Shown: positions 47,446 to 56,460 of the stretch, piece by piece | Layout: each line of letters begins with the position of its first letter | Position numbering within the stretch: position 1 is the first letter of the stretch | Source: a virus | Lineage: Duplodnaviria; Caudoviricetes | IMG/VR virus record: IMGVR_UViG_3300011335_000652 | Span: 1-61,791 of that record | Direction: 5' to 3' (one strand) | DNA: 61,791 nucleotides | Position numbers and translations under genes: made by a program | The notes under the pieces: generated by a model | The model's input: only the letters and a program-made list of their open reading frames with translations | Database searches by the model: none | What the model was told of the DNA's origin: nothing

Positions 47446-48143
47446 CACTGATCTCCATTGGCCCATTTGCGAAGACGCTCGCGCATGATCCACACCGCCG
47501 CAAGCGCGATGACACCGCAGAAAATTAACGCAACGATCTGAGCGGTGCCGTTAAGCATAGACACAGCAGATGCGCCGGCACCTACGGCAGAAACAGCCTG
47601 AACAGCCCCCGCTTGCATAGTAGTCGATTCCATCGGTGTATCGCGAGGAACGTCTGGCGTAGCACGTGCGTCTTCGTCTTTGTCCTGCGCAGCAAACCCA
47701 AATGGAGTCAGAAACAGGGCGCGTTCAGCAGCGCGACGCCGCACAAGACCGGGAGATACCTTGCCACCCGCCTTATTCCACATCAGAATTGCATCTGCCG
47801 CTTTGGCCACGTCGCCCGCGTTGAAGAAGCGAAGCGCGGAAGATTTGTTAAACCGTGGCGGGCCGATATTGTAGGCCAACGAGACAAAAGCACCGAACTC
47901 ATTGTCGGTAATCGGGCGTTTGATGTGCGGCTTTATTTCGGCAATAAACTTCTCGATGGTAAGGTCGAAATAGTGATCCGCCTGCGCTTGGGTAATTACC
48001 ATCCCCTCTCGTGGAGTTACACCAACGCCAGCCTCTGCCGTTGTACCCCAGCCAATGGTCCAGACACCTGCGGGGCATCTGTAAGCCTTTAGCTTGCAGC
48101 TCTCAAACTCATGGATAAGCGCCTTGGATGCACTGTTAATCAT
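47445..48143 (-). CDS. Endolysin (GH24 lysozyme) with C-terminal membrane segment
   Basis: FESCKLKAYRCPAGVWTIGWG, AFVSLAYNIG, GLVRRRAAE. Confidence 0.88.
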   Translation of the reverse strand: MINSASKALIHEFESCKLKAYRCPAGVWTIGWGTTAEAGVGVTPREGMVITQAQADHYFDLTIEKFIAEIKPHIKRPITDNEFGAFVSLAYNIGPPRFNKSSALRFFNAGDVAKAADAILMWNKAGGKVSPGLVRRRAAERALFLTPFGFAAQDKDEDARATPDVPRDTPMESTTMQAGAVQAVSAVGAGASAVSMLNGTAQIVALIFCGVIALAAVWIMRERLRKWANGDQ

Positions 48144-48364
48144 TTGCGTAACGCCCTTTCAATGTCATCTAATTTCAGGAATACAGCTTTGAAGCTGTCT
48201 TGGATTTGTTTGAACTCGCGGTCGTGCGCCTCTTTGTTCGCCGACGCCGTTGCCTTAAGAACTGCGATATCCGTGGAATGGGACTGTTGCCGGGTGTAGA
48301 TCGCAAAGAGCACGCCAATCACCGGCGCGACTGCCCACTTCATAAGAAACTCAAGAACGTCCAT
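48140..48364 (-). CDS. Holin-like/single-TM coiled-coil protein
   Basis: N-terminal TM; immediately upstream of the endolysin. Confidence 0.5.
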   Translation of the reverse strand: MDVLEFLMKWAVAPVIGVLFAIYTRQQSHSTDIAVLKATASANKEAHDREFKQIQDSFKAVFLKLDDIERALRK

Positions 48365-48374
48365 TATCAGATCC

Positions 48375-48656
48375 TCAGTTCGGGGCCACGGGCCAGATTA
48401 CGGTTTGTGGAAATCCTACCTGCGCCGTAACATCGCGTAAATCCTGTCGGTATGCTGCCCACGCCGCCTGATCCACGGGTGCATCAAGAACTTGAGTCCA
48501 ATCGGATGCGACCAATAGACGATACCGTTCAGCGCGCACTTGCGCCGCCATCTTCTCTACAGTTGGTTGCATCGCGGCAATCTCGGCATCAGTAAATGGC
48601 CGGGTCGTCACTTCGCCTGTCGCTGCATCTGTGATAACTTCAAAGTACTCTGACAT
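48375..48656 (-). CDS. Tail fibre assembly chaperone
   Basis: RAERYRLL.ASDWTQ..D...WAAYRQ.LRD...WP motif. Confidence 0.8.
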   Translation of the reverse strand: MSEYFEVITDAATGEVTTRPFTDAEIAAMQPTVEKMAAQVRAERYRLLVASDWTQVLDAPVDQAAWAAYRQDLRDVTAQVGFPQTVIWPVAPN

Positions 48657-50041
48657 TATTTTACTCCGTAAATGACAACAGACCCAGCGTTAAAATTTCC
48701 TGAACTTACTGATACAGAAACACTAGTTGTTGCAGTAGTATAACCGGTTTGCTCTACTTGATACCCATAAGGGATTGGTCCACCTGTGTCGAACCAAACA
48801 AATGCCCCTGTTGCGCTACTTCCAGTAGCAAGTACGGGATAAGCATAACCATCAACTAACGAAACTAAGACCTTGGCTTTAACATATGTATTGCTGCCAA
48901 GCCTAGCAGAAATCTCTGCAGAACCTACCCGGTGAACATGAGATACGGTAGCACTATTACCCCTAACCGAGTTATACATAAACAAAAGCTGCTTGTAGGA
49001 TGTTAAAACAAGACCGCTCAGTGTCTGAGTAGAACCGCTTGTGGTAGTCAACGTCCCAAGTAGGGTCTGGCCCGTGCTATTTGCCAAAGCAAAAGCGGTT
49101 GTCGCGACTTGGGTTGTGTTTGTACCAGCCGCTGCTGTTGGTGCTGTCGGTGTTCCGGTTAGGGCAGGAGAGGCAAGGGGAGCCTTTGCATCAAGTTGCG
49201 TTTGAATGGCTGAGGTGACGCCGGCAGTGTAGTTTAATTCGGTTACTGTGGCAGTAAGGCCGGTAATGTCCGTGCTTGGAATCGTGGCGGTGGCAGTAAG
49301 GGCAGAGGTACCAGCGCCCTTAACATACCCCGTTAGCGTAGCAACGCCCGTGCCCCCAGCCGAAACAACAATGGGCGTGATACCCGTAATCGTACCGCCA
49401 GTAATCGCAACGGCGGACGCGGCTTGAGTTGCCATCGTACCGAGCCCAGTAATGTCTGTGCTTGGGATCGTGGCCGAAGCAGTGAGCGCGGCAGTGCCTG
49501 CGCCTTTGACGTAGCCCGTTAGGGTCGAGACTCCGGTACCGCCGTCTGCGACAGCAAGGTCGGTAATACCCGTAATGGTAACCCCAGTGATCGTACCGCC
49601 AGTAATTTTAACCGCTGACATGGCGAGAGCGTCAGTGACGTTTGTAACCTTTGCGGTAGCCCCTGCACCGTCCGAATAGATGATTGCGCTGGCACCTGCT
49701 ACGATAGTGACGTTGCCACCAGACCCTTGGGTAAAGATGACCGACTGTGCCGTTGAGTTTATGACAAAATAGAGAGTCTGCACTGTGGCAGCAGAAATAG
49801 TAATTGTATGCGTACCTGAAGGAGACCCAGTAAGCACGAGAACTTTGTATTGTCCGTCTGAGGCAACGCCCTGCAACGTGGTAAGCGTTGAGGAAGTTCC
49901 TGATAGGGACAGGGATAGCGATCCGCTAATAGCGCGGTCCAGAATATCACTGTTGGTGTTTACCGTTTCGCCCCATGTACCCGATTGTTCGCCGTTAGCC
50001 GGCTTTTGGATACCCAGATTGGTTGTAAATGTACTAGGCAT
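48656..50041 (-). CDS. Tail fibre protein
   Basis: T/G/A-rich; duplicated GGTGV.TLTGYVKGAGT.ALTA.ATIPSTDITGL; SPALTGTPTAPT repeat. Confidence 0.8.
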   Translation of the reverse strand: MPSTFTTNLGIQKPANGEQSGTWGETVNTNSDILDRAISGSLSLSLSGTSSTLTTLQGVASDGQYKVLVLTGSPSGTHTITISAATVQTLYFVINSTAQSVIFTQGSGGNVTIVAGASAIIYSDGAGATAKVTNVTDALAMSAVKITGGTITGVTITGITDLAVADGGTGVSTLTGYVKGAGTAALTASATIPSTDITGLGTMATQAASAVAITGGTITGITPIVVSAGGTGVATLTGYVKGAGTSALTATATIPSTDITGLTATVTELNYTAGVTSAIQTQLDAKAPLASPALTGTPTAPTAAAGTNTTQVATTAFALANSTGQTLLGTLTTTSGSTQTLSGLVLTSYKQLLFMYNSVRGNSATVSHVHRVGSAEISARLGSNTYVKAKVLVSLVDGYAYPVLATGSSATGAFVWFDTGGPIPYGYQVEQTGYTTATTSVSVSVSSGNFNAGSVVIYGVK

Positions 50042-50098
50042 AGGTCATCCTCATGCTACGACGACAGTCGCTCCTGTCTAAGTATATACTACCGCCTG

Positions 50099-50464
50099 TT
50101 ATGGAACAATAGTCGAGTAATTAGGCGTCTGGTTTGGCACGATAGTTCCCCAGACAAAGACGCGGTTAACCGAACCTACCCGCCCAACACCCTGCACACC
50201 AGAGACGGAAATCAAAGTCCGATTAACCGTGCCAACGCGGCCCGTGCCCTGCACGCCAGTGATAGTGAAGCTCACTCGAGTACGGACTGCGCTACCCGTA
50301 CCAACAGCGCCAGTGGCCGATACGCCCGTCAAAGACACACGGTTCTGCGGTACGGTAACAATTGTGCCTAAAGATGCGGTAGCGCTAAGGCCCGTTAGGG
50401 CCACATAAATCCGGCCTCCCGCATCGCCCAGTACGTCAGCGGCTATAGGAGAGAAACCAAGCAT
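50099..50464 (-). CDS. Virion structural protein
   Basis: TGV.ATG.VG beta repeats. Confidence 0.6.
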   Translation of the reverse strand: MLGFSPIAADVLGDAGGRIYVALTGLSATASLGTIVTVPQNRVSLTGVSATGAVGTGSAVRTRVSFTITGVQGTGRVGTVNRTLISVSGVQGVGRVGSVNRVFVWGTIVPNQTPNYSTIVP

Positions 50465-51303
50465 TATGCGCTCACACCCTTGATGATGGTGAAGTTAACA
50501 ACGGGCGTATCAGACGCAGTGCCCACTACCGAAGCCATCGTGACTTGGAAGGAAGTGGCCGCAACGATGGCGGTTACCGATGCCACATAGGTATTTGTCG
50601 CGCCACGCACAGTAAGGACAACGGTATCCGTGACTGCGATGCCAGTGTTTGGCACAGTGAATGAGAAGTAGGTGCCGACCACTGCTGTGGTGGTGAAGAG
50701 GGTAACTGCCCCGCTCTTGCTGTTTCCCGTGGTTGGGGCTGCAGTTGTACGGCTCGTGAGCTGAGTCACAGCCACGCCTGCGCCTGTGGAGTAACCTACG
50801 CCGCCCGTCCCAGAGGACAGCACGCTGGTCGATGCAGTGACCGTGGTGAATGCGCCCGTTGATGGAGTGGTTGCGCCTACTGTGCCGTTGAGCGCCGCGC
50901 CCGTAATTGTCGGGCCAGTGCCAAGAACAACAGCCCCGCTACCGGTGCTTGTAGAAACGCCAGTGCCACCAACGGACACTGCAATCGGTGTGCCCGAAGT
51001 ATATGGGACAAGGTCTTCAGATACCGCAGAGATAAAAACTGCAGCAGAGCCGCTCAGAACAATAGCTGCGCCACTGTTAGTACTTTGTGATGGGCCCCGC
51101 GACAGAGTCGTACCAGACGAAGTATAGGTGCCAACGCCAATTTCCCAGTTCGCGCCGTCTTCGATGACATAGCGGACGGATACACCGTTGGTTACCCCAG
51201 CATCGGCAAAGCTCTGGTAGCCCGCAGAAGCAGACCCAAGAGTAATTGTTCCGGCACCTGTTGTGGCCGTGGTCATCTTAGCCCGGTTAAATAGGTTCGC
51301 CAT
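50464..51303 (-). CDS. Tail fibre-associated structural protein
   Basis: TATTGAGTITLG...WEIGVGTYT N-terminal domain; T/G/S-rich. Confidence 0.65.
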   Translation of the reverse strand: MANLFNRAKMTTATTGAGTITLGSASAGYQSFADAGVTNGVSVRYVIEDGANWEIGVGTYTSSGTTLSRGPSQSTNSGAAIVLSGSAAVFISAVSEDLVPYTSGTPIAVSVGGTGVSTSTGSGAVVLGTGPTITGAALNGTVGATTPSTGAFTTVTASTSVLSSGTGGVGYSTGAGVAVTQLTSRTTAAPTTGNSKSGAVTLFTTTAVVGTYFSFTVPNTGIAVTDTVVLTVRGATNTYVASVTAIVAATSFQVTMASVVGTASDTPVVNFTIIKGVSA

Positions 51304-51313
51304 GGCCTACTCC

Positions 51314-51745
51314 TTAGGCAATACGGATGATAGCGTTCGTCGCGTCTGGGGTCGGGAAGATGATCGTGAAGTCACCAGCGGTAGACACTTTGTCCGAACC
51401 GAAGTCCAGAATTGCTACTGCGCGGTTGCCGTTGGTGCTGTTGTAAATCATAGCGCCACGAGCAGTGATCGTAGATGTGGACCACGTGGTATCGGCAAAA
51501 TCGGTAAGGGCTGTGGTACCCGACGTCGTTGGGGTGACGTTCGTCAGCGTGTTGCCACCTGCCGTGTAACCCGTGCCAATGACCTCGTTAGCGGTCGTGT
51601 AGACCGTGGTCGCAGCGGTAAAAGCTGCGGAGTTTGTGTACAGCGCAATCTTAAACACGTTACCAGTGGAGAGTGTGAAGTTGTGTAGTCCCTGCAAAAC
51701 TTCGCCCTTGAAGCTTGTGCACATGAAATTCCCGGTGAAGGCCAT
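51314..51745 (-). CDS. Conserved virion structural protein
   Basis: CTSFK...FKIALYT...GYTAGG...LDFGSDK. Confidence 0.65.
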   Translation of the reverse strand: MAFTGNFMCTSFKGEVLQGLHNFTLSTGNVFKIALYTNSAAFTAATTVYTTANEVIGTGYTAGGNTLTNVTPTTSGTTALTDFADTTWSTSTITARGAMIYNSTNGNRAVAILDFGSDKVSTAGDFTIIFPTPDATNAIIRIA

Positions 51746-51746
51746 A

Positions 51747-52046
51747 TTAAAAGCTCCTTACAAGTTCAGCGGTGTCTGTATGCCCTGCGGCGTCTAGTTT
51801 ACTACATACCACGGCCCGGTCGCTTTTGATAGCCTCAGAGATGTAGTGGGCTACAAGCGCCGAGATGCGGTCCTTGACCTCTGTGGCGCGGTCCTGAGCG
51901 TCTTGGTCGGCGTGTGCGGGCACGTAGACAATCTTATCGGCGCAGCGGGCGGCGATCTCTTCTGGGGTGGATGTCCGGTTGGTGGTCGTCTGCACCCCAA
52001 CGATCATCGTATTCTGCGGTAGGTCCATTACGGCGCTAACACTCAT
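51747..52046 (-). CDS. Hypothetical protein
   Basis: 99 aa in the late operon; SD AGGAG. Confidence 0.6.
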   Translation of the reverse strand: MSVSAVMDLPQNTMIVGVQTTTNRTSTPEEIAARCADKIVYVPAHADQDAQDRATEVKDRISALVAHYISEAIKSDRAVVCSKLDAAGHTDTAELVRSF

Positions 52047-52055
52047 CTATCTCTC

Positions 52056-52691
52056 CTACTGCCCGTTCCGGTAGCTGTCGCGTCTACTACGAGCGTCGAT
52101 CACACCGAGTTTCTGTAGCGCGTCGTCATACTGCGCTTTGTAGTTATTCATAAGGTCCGCGTCGCCCTTCATAAAGATGTAGGCCTGCACGAGAGTGCCG
52201 TATAGGAGAACTGCCTCGGCGTTATCGCCCAGCCATGAAGTGCCGCTATCAACAATCGACGGCGGATCAAAATAATAATGCAGCTCGACGGTATACGACG
52301 CATCCGGCGTGGGGCCCAAGATCAAGTTGCCCGTTGGAGACGTAGCGCTATCGCCGTCAAACAGAGCGTAATACCGCGGCAGCGCAGTTGTCGCAGCGCT
52401 TGGGTACGCCTCGCGGATAAAGTTCACATCCTTGTCGAGCAGGTAAAGATAGTCCCCATCACCGTCTACGACAGCAAGTGAGAAAACCGACAAGAAGTCA
52501 GACGGACGAGCGAGATATTTATTCCCGCTCGTCAGCGTCCCGATTACATTCTTACGAAGCTCGGGGATCAACACAGCCCTATACACAATCTCTTCGCAGG
52601 TGCGGACAAAATTAGGGATGTTGGCCACGAACGTTTGTTCGTAGTTCTCCGCGTAGTCCTGTACCTGCTGCAAGAGCTGTGTATAGTTCAT
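52056..52691 (-). CDS. Head-tail adaptor/tail tubular A-like protein
   Basis: PRYYA...LGPTPDASY.VELHY...LLYG.L. Confidence 0.65.
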   Translation of the reverse strand: MNYTQLLQQVQDYAENYEQTFVANIPNFVRTCEEIVYRAVLIPELRKNVIGTLTSGNKYLARPSDFLSVFSLAVVDGDGDYLYLLDKDVNFIREAYPSAATTALPRYYALFDGDSATSPTGNLILGPTPDASYTVELHYYFDPPSIVDSGTSWLGDNAEAVLLYGTLVQAYIFMKGDADLMNNYKAQYDDALQKLGVIDARSRRDSYRNGQ

Positions 52692-52699
52692 GGTAATCC

Positions 52700-53527
52700 T
52701 CAGTACGATCCGGAGAACTTCTTGCCGCGAGTCGCAGCGCCAGCGCCGCGCATAACGCCGCCACCGGTTTTCATCTTCGAGGGCTTGTCGTGCGCTACGT
52801 CTTTAGACGAGGCTTCCCACTGCTTCATGGTCATACCGGCCTTCTTGGCTTTAGCCTTGTCCTCGCGCATGTCCTTGGCGGTGCCTTCTTTTGACATACC
52901 GCCCTTGGCCATCTTGCCGACGCCATCAGCAGCGAAGGATGGAACCTTCTTGCCACCTTTTTCGACCATCTTCATCTTGCCACCAGCAGCATAGCCCATC
53001 GCGCCGCCGCCCATCTTCTTCACAACGCCGCCAGCGGCCTTTTTTACAGCAGAGGCGCCGCCGGAGCGAACGTAGTCGATGTAAGAGACGGGGAGGCCTT
53101 TAGCTTCCCGTTGTGGACGAGACATAGCATCGTACTCTGCTTCCGTGTAGTTGCCCAGACGCGCTTTCTCGTACTCTGAATAGCGCCCCGTAGCGCTAGG
53201 ATCGCGGGTGGGAGAAATTGGACGTGCAGGCGTAGCGCTTGTTGTAGGAACTGCCGCTGGCTTTGCCGCATTTGCGGCGCCTGCCATTTCTTTTTGCCCG
53301 CCAAAACGACCGAGCGTAAAGGGTTTTTCCGCTGGCTTAACCTTGTTATCAGTAGCACGCGAAGCGCCACTCTTTGGGTTCAAGTTCGCAGGGCGAGGCT
53401 TAGGGCCGTTCTCGCCCGCATAGTCCGTGGTATAGGTCTTACCCTCGTATTCAAAGGTCTTGCCTTTACCCTTTTTCTTACGCTCAGCGGCGAACGTCTC
53501 TTTAAAAGTGGCCATCTTAATCTCCAT
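52700..53527 (-). CDS. Basic Lys/Gly/Met-rich protein
   Basis: 275 aa; repeated M/Y-A-x-GG motifs. Confidence 0.65.
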   Translation of the reverse strand: MEIKMATFKETFAAERKKKGKGKTFEYEGKTYTTDYAGENGPKPRPANLNPKSGASRATDNKVKPAEKPFTLGRFGGQKEMAGAANAAKPAAVPTTSATPARPISPTRDPSATGRYSEYEKARLGNYTEAEYDAMSRPQREAKGLPVSYIDYVRSGGASAVKKAAGGVVKKMGGGAMGYAAGGKMKMVEKGGKKVPSFAADGVGKMAKGGMSKEGTAKDMREDKAKAKKAGMTMKQWEASSKDVAHDKPSKMKTGGGVMRGAGAATRGKKFSGSY

Positions 53528-53537
53528 CGTAAGGCCA

Positions 53538-53846
53538 TCAGGCCGTGGTTACAGTTACTGTTCCTACAGATCCTACCATATACTGAGCAGGATTACCAAC
53601 AGGGCTCCAGCCCCAAAGTCCATCACCGCGATTTGCATCGGGGCGGGGGTTCAAGAGGGACTGCGGATCAAAAATCTTAACCCGGCCCAAGAAGTTCTGC
53701 GGGTGGTCGGGATCAACCACGTCCTTGCCAATACGAGATCCAGTGCGCACGCCACGCTTCATTTCCCAGACAAGGTCGCTTAGCTTATAGCGAAGTCCTG
53801 TGCGGTCGCAGATACCAAACGCGTGTTTACCAGAGGAGTAGGCCAT
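53538..53846 (-). CDS. Conserved phage protein
   Basis: GKHAFGICDRTG...DPDHPQ...PRPD. Confidence 0.65.
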   Translation of the reverse strand: MAYSSGKHAFGICDRTGLRYKLSDLVWEMKRGVRTGSRIGKDVVDPDHPQNFLGRVKIFDPQSLLNPRPDANRGDGLWGWSPVGNPAQYMVGSVGTVTVTTA

Positions 53847-54532
53847 TAGAAGCCCCCCATACCAAACGGGGCCATCGGCACAAAGTAGGACGACGACTTA
53901 TCGCGATCTTCGTCCGAAGCCAGCTGGAACTGCGCTTCGTATTCTTCCCGTAGGGGGATGGCACGCGCAGCGGCCTCGGGCCGCTTCATCGCGATCTGAA
54001 ATGCAAGTGCAGAAACTAGAGCAGGCACAAACCGTGGAGGAATGTTCGTGACTGTCCCGCCGATCCCCGACGCCATGCCGTCAATCCCTTTGAGGCGGTA
54101 GTAGAGCAATGTGTAGGGCTGCGTGCTGTCCGGGACAGGCCAGACCGTGGCCTTAACTTCAGTGGAGAGCCTTTGAATATAGACCTGTGTAGGCCGACCG
54201 ATCACGTTCTTGCTGCTCTGCTGAGCATAAGTCGAAACACTAACCCGCATCAGGGCAGTGTCGATTTGCTGCGTTCCAGTTCCAGTACGCAGCTGATGCT
54301 CGATCAGATCAATCGTGTCTGTTGGCATTGTGTAGGTAGCTGTACCCGCGATAAGTGGGATCGTGCCGGAGTCGATCGTAAAGAGGTTAACACCACGGTT
54401 CTGCCACTCGAGCACGATCATGTTTAGACTACGGCGTGCAGTCTTCAGATCGTAACCGGTACGCATCTCAAGGCCGGCCCGTTCAAAGGCCTCCTCAAAC
54501 AACTCGGGCATATCGGGTACGATCGTTGCCAT
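53846..54532 (-). CDS. Head-tail adaptor-like protein
   Basis: EEAFERAG...ARRSLN...WQNRG...GRPTQ...WPVPD. Confidence 0.65.
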   Translation of the reverse strand: MATIVPDMPELFEEAFERAGLEMRTGYDLKTARRSLNMIVLEWQNRGVNLFTIDSGTIPLIAGTATYTMPTDTIDLIEHQLRTGTGTQQIDTALMRVSVSTYAQQSSKNVIGRPTQVYIQRLSTEVKATVWPVPDSTQPYTLLYYRLKGIDGMASGIGGTVTNIPPRFVPALVSALAFQIAMKRPEAAARAIPLREEYEAQFQLASDEDRDKSSSYFVPMAPFGMGGF

Positions 54533-54535
54533 CAG

Positions 54536-54715
54536 TTACCTATCTTTCAACTTCGCAAGGGTTTTAGCTAAACGGGCACGTTGCCCTAGCTTACCCGGTT
54601 TTTTAGCCGCCGCATCCAGCTTTTTCTTGGGGATCGGCTTGCCCTTCTCAGCGCCAAGGGCCGAGCGCAAGGCGCCCGGCTTCTTGATAGCGTCCTGAAT
54701 CCAGTTCTTGGCCAT
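54536..54715 (-). CDS. Small basic protein
   Basis: MAKNWIQDAIKKPGALR...RARLAKTL; start at the TGATG overlap. Confidence 0.65.
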   Translation of the reverse strand: MAKNWIQDAIKKPGALRSALGAEKGKPIPKKKLDAAAKKPGKLGQRARLAKTLAKLKDR

Positions 54716-54885
54716 CAGCACATGGTCCCTTTGGTTTTGCCCTTCATGCAGCACCCGTCACCGCGACCCATCTTGCCGCCGCTTTTCATCATAACGGGTT
54801 TAGCCGGCTTCATAACGGCGGGCTTGGCACCGGGCTGGCGGTTGCCAAACATCTCTTTAGTCATACTTCCACGTCCAATTGCCAT
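54715..54885 (-). CDS. Small basic protein (56 aa)
   Basis: Below the ORF-track cutoff; MAIGRGSM...MKSGGKMGRGDGC; overlaps both neighbours. Confidence 0.6.
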   Translation of the reverse strand: MAIGRGSMTKEMFGNRQPGAKPAVMKPAKPVMMKSGGKMGRGDGCCMKGKTKGTMC

Positions 54886-55274
54886 CACGGTCTCCTAAAT
54901 TTTGCGGTCTTGGTTGCGATTCGCTTTGGCTGCTTCACAAACTGTTTGCCAGCGGCGGTCCCTGCGCGCTTGGCTTTTGTGGTAGCCGCGTATTCAGCAG
55001 GAGTTAAAGACTCCCGAGCTTTCTTTGGGAGATACCGCTCACCCGTGGCCTTAGCCCCGACAGTGGAGTTCTTCCCGCTTTTAGTGCCCCAGTCCTCTTT
55101 TGTCCACTTGGACATTGATTTCTGGGCGGAGGTCTTCTCGCCAGTATACGCGCCGCCCTTCTCTTTGTAAATCTTTCCCGCCAGCTGCATGGCACGAGCG
55201 GAATGTTTTCCGCCCATCTTAGCCTTGGCTGCGGCCTTAGACTTCTCCCAAAGAGCTTCGTTTGTGCGACCCAC
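54885..55274 (-). CDS. Basic conserved phage protein
   Basis: SARAMQL...KWTKEDWGTKSGK...GERYLP. Confidence 0.7.
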   Translation of the reverse strand: MGRTNEALWEKSKAAAKAKMGGKHSARAMQLAGKIYKEKGGAYTGEKTSAQKSMSKWTKEDWGTKSGKNSTVGAKATGERYLPKKARESLTPAEYAATTKAKRAGTAAGKQFVKQPKRIATKTAKFRRP

Positions 55275-55283
55275 GGTAGCTCC

Positions 55284-55538
55284 TTAGCACTTCCAAGCCC
55301 GAAGGCTTTTGTTGATCCGACTATTCGGGTCGTTGGCGGTTTTTGCACTCGTCAACTTCTTCTTCATACCCTTCATTCGGGCACAGAATGAATCTCGGCG
55401 GGCGCCGCCCTCTGGCTGCGGGGCCTTCAACCCGGGCTTATCCGGGTTAGCCTTATTGTACGCGGCGCGACCCTTGGCGTTCAATCCGCCTTTAGGGTTC
55501 TTGCCTTCCTTGCGGGTCCACGCCGGAGTCTTAGCCAT
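55284..55538 (-). CDS. Basic conserved phage protein
   Basis: GKNPKGGLNAKGR...SFCARM...WKC. Confidence 0.7.
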   Translation of the reverse strand: MAKTPAWTRKEGKNPKGGLNAKGRAAYNKANPDKPGLKAPQPEGGARRDSFCARMKGMKKKLTSAKTANDPNSRINKSLRAWKC

Positions 55539-55821
55539 AATACACGGTCACGCTGGTAAGGTTCGTGAGGGCGGCGTAAATGCTAGACTCGCAAAGAATG
55601 CCTTCCCCCGGAATCAAATTATAAAAAGAAATGGGGGTCGTACTGCTTGGAATATCCAACTCAACAACCGTTGTACCGCCGGAGCCGCCATCTTTCAGCA
55701 CGAGCTTCCCAGCACTGGCCGCAGTGGCGCAGATCGAGATAGCTTTAATGCGGGCGCGAGCACCAAACACAGAACCGGAGGTGGTTCGGTATGTTGATTT
55801 TACGTCAGTTTGCATACTCAT
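55531..55821 (-). CDS. Small virion protein
   Basis: 96 aa beta-rich; SD AGGAG. Confidence 0.6.
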   Translation of the reverse strand: MSMQTDVKSTYRTTSGSVFGARARIKAISICATAASAGKLVLKDGGSGGTTVVELDIPSSTTPISFYNLIPGEGILCESSIYAALTNLTSVTVYYG

Positions 55822-55877
55822 CGGAATCTCCTAAAAGATTGTGGGTGCGGCCCCACTTGGGGACCGCTCTATTTCAA

Positions 55878-56336
55878 TCAAGGCAAGTCATGCGCTTGGA
55901 TGTAGCGGACAGTGATCGTACCAACGCCAGTGCCTGTGTTTGCAGACAGAACGAAGATGCGCGAACCAACAGTGCCGTTGTCGTCCCAGTTTGCGGTGCG
56001 CGTAGCATCGCTACCGGGGTTAAGGCCAATTAAACCAATAGTGCCGCCAGCAGCGCCGGACACAAGTTCAGTGGAAGTGGCTGAAGTACCCACGCTAAAT
56101 GTCGTTGCAGCACCGCTCCATACTGCGGTCACAATCATCTGCATATTCAAGATGTGGCTGTTGGCGGGCAGAACAATTGGGGTTGCCAATGCGGTTGCCG
56201 TTCCAGCTTGCGTGATTGGATAGGTCTGCACCATCACCACGTTGCCAACATTTCGCACGTTGGTTCCAATGGTCGTACCAGTGGTGTCAGGGATGTCGCC
56301 AGCGCGAATTGGTCCAGAGAAGGTAGTCTTACCCAT
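55878..56336 (-). CDS. Probable capsid decoration/fibre protein
   Basis: Start reassigned to MGKTTFSGPI (SD AAGGAG). Confidence 0.6.
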   Translation of the reverse strand: MGKTTFSGPIRAGDIPDTTGTTIGTNVRNVGNVVMVQTYPITQAGTATALATPIVLPANSHILNMQMIVTAVWSGAATTFSVGTSATSTELVSGAAGGTIGLIGLNPGSDATRTANWDDNGTVGSRIFVLSANTGTGVGTITVRYIQAHDLP

Positions 56337-56340
56337 AATG

Positions 56341-56416
56341 GGCTCCTTTGCACAATGGGCCACTCTGTCTGTGCAAAGTCCGCTGGGCGCGGTCAGGGTG
56401 GCAGTTAAACCCAGTA
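56341..56416 (-). ncRNA. Candidate pseudoknotted cis-regulatory RNA leader
   Basis: Complementary pairs CTGGG/CCCAG, GCCAC-CTG/CAG-GTGGC and CTTTGCACA/TGTGCAAAG; the last overlaps the SD. Confidence 0.5.
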
Positions 56417-56460
56417 GTGGGTACAGTGTACCGTGTTTCCTTTTCAAAGGGAAGCGCAAG

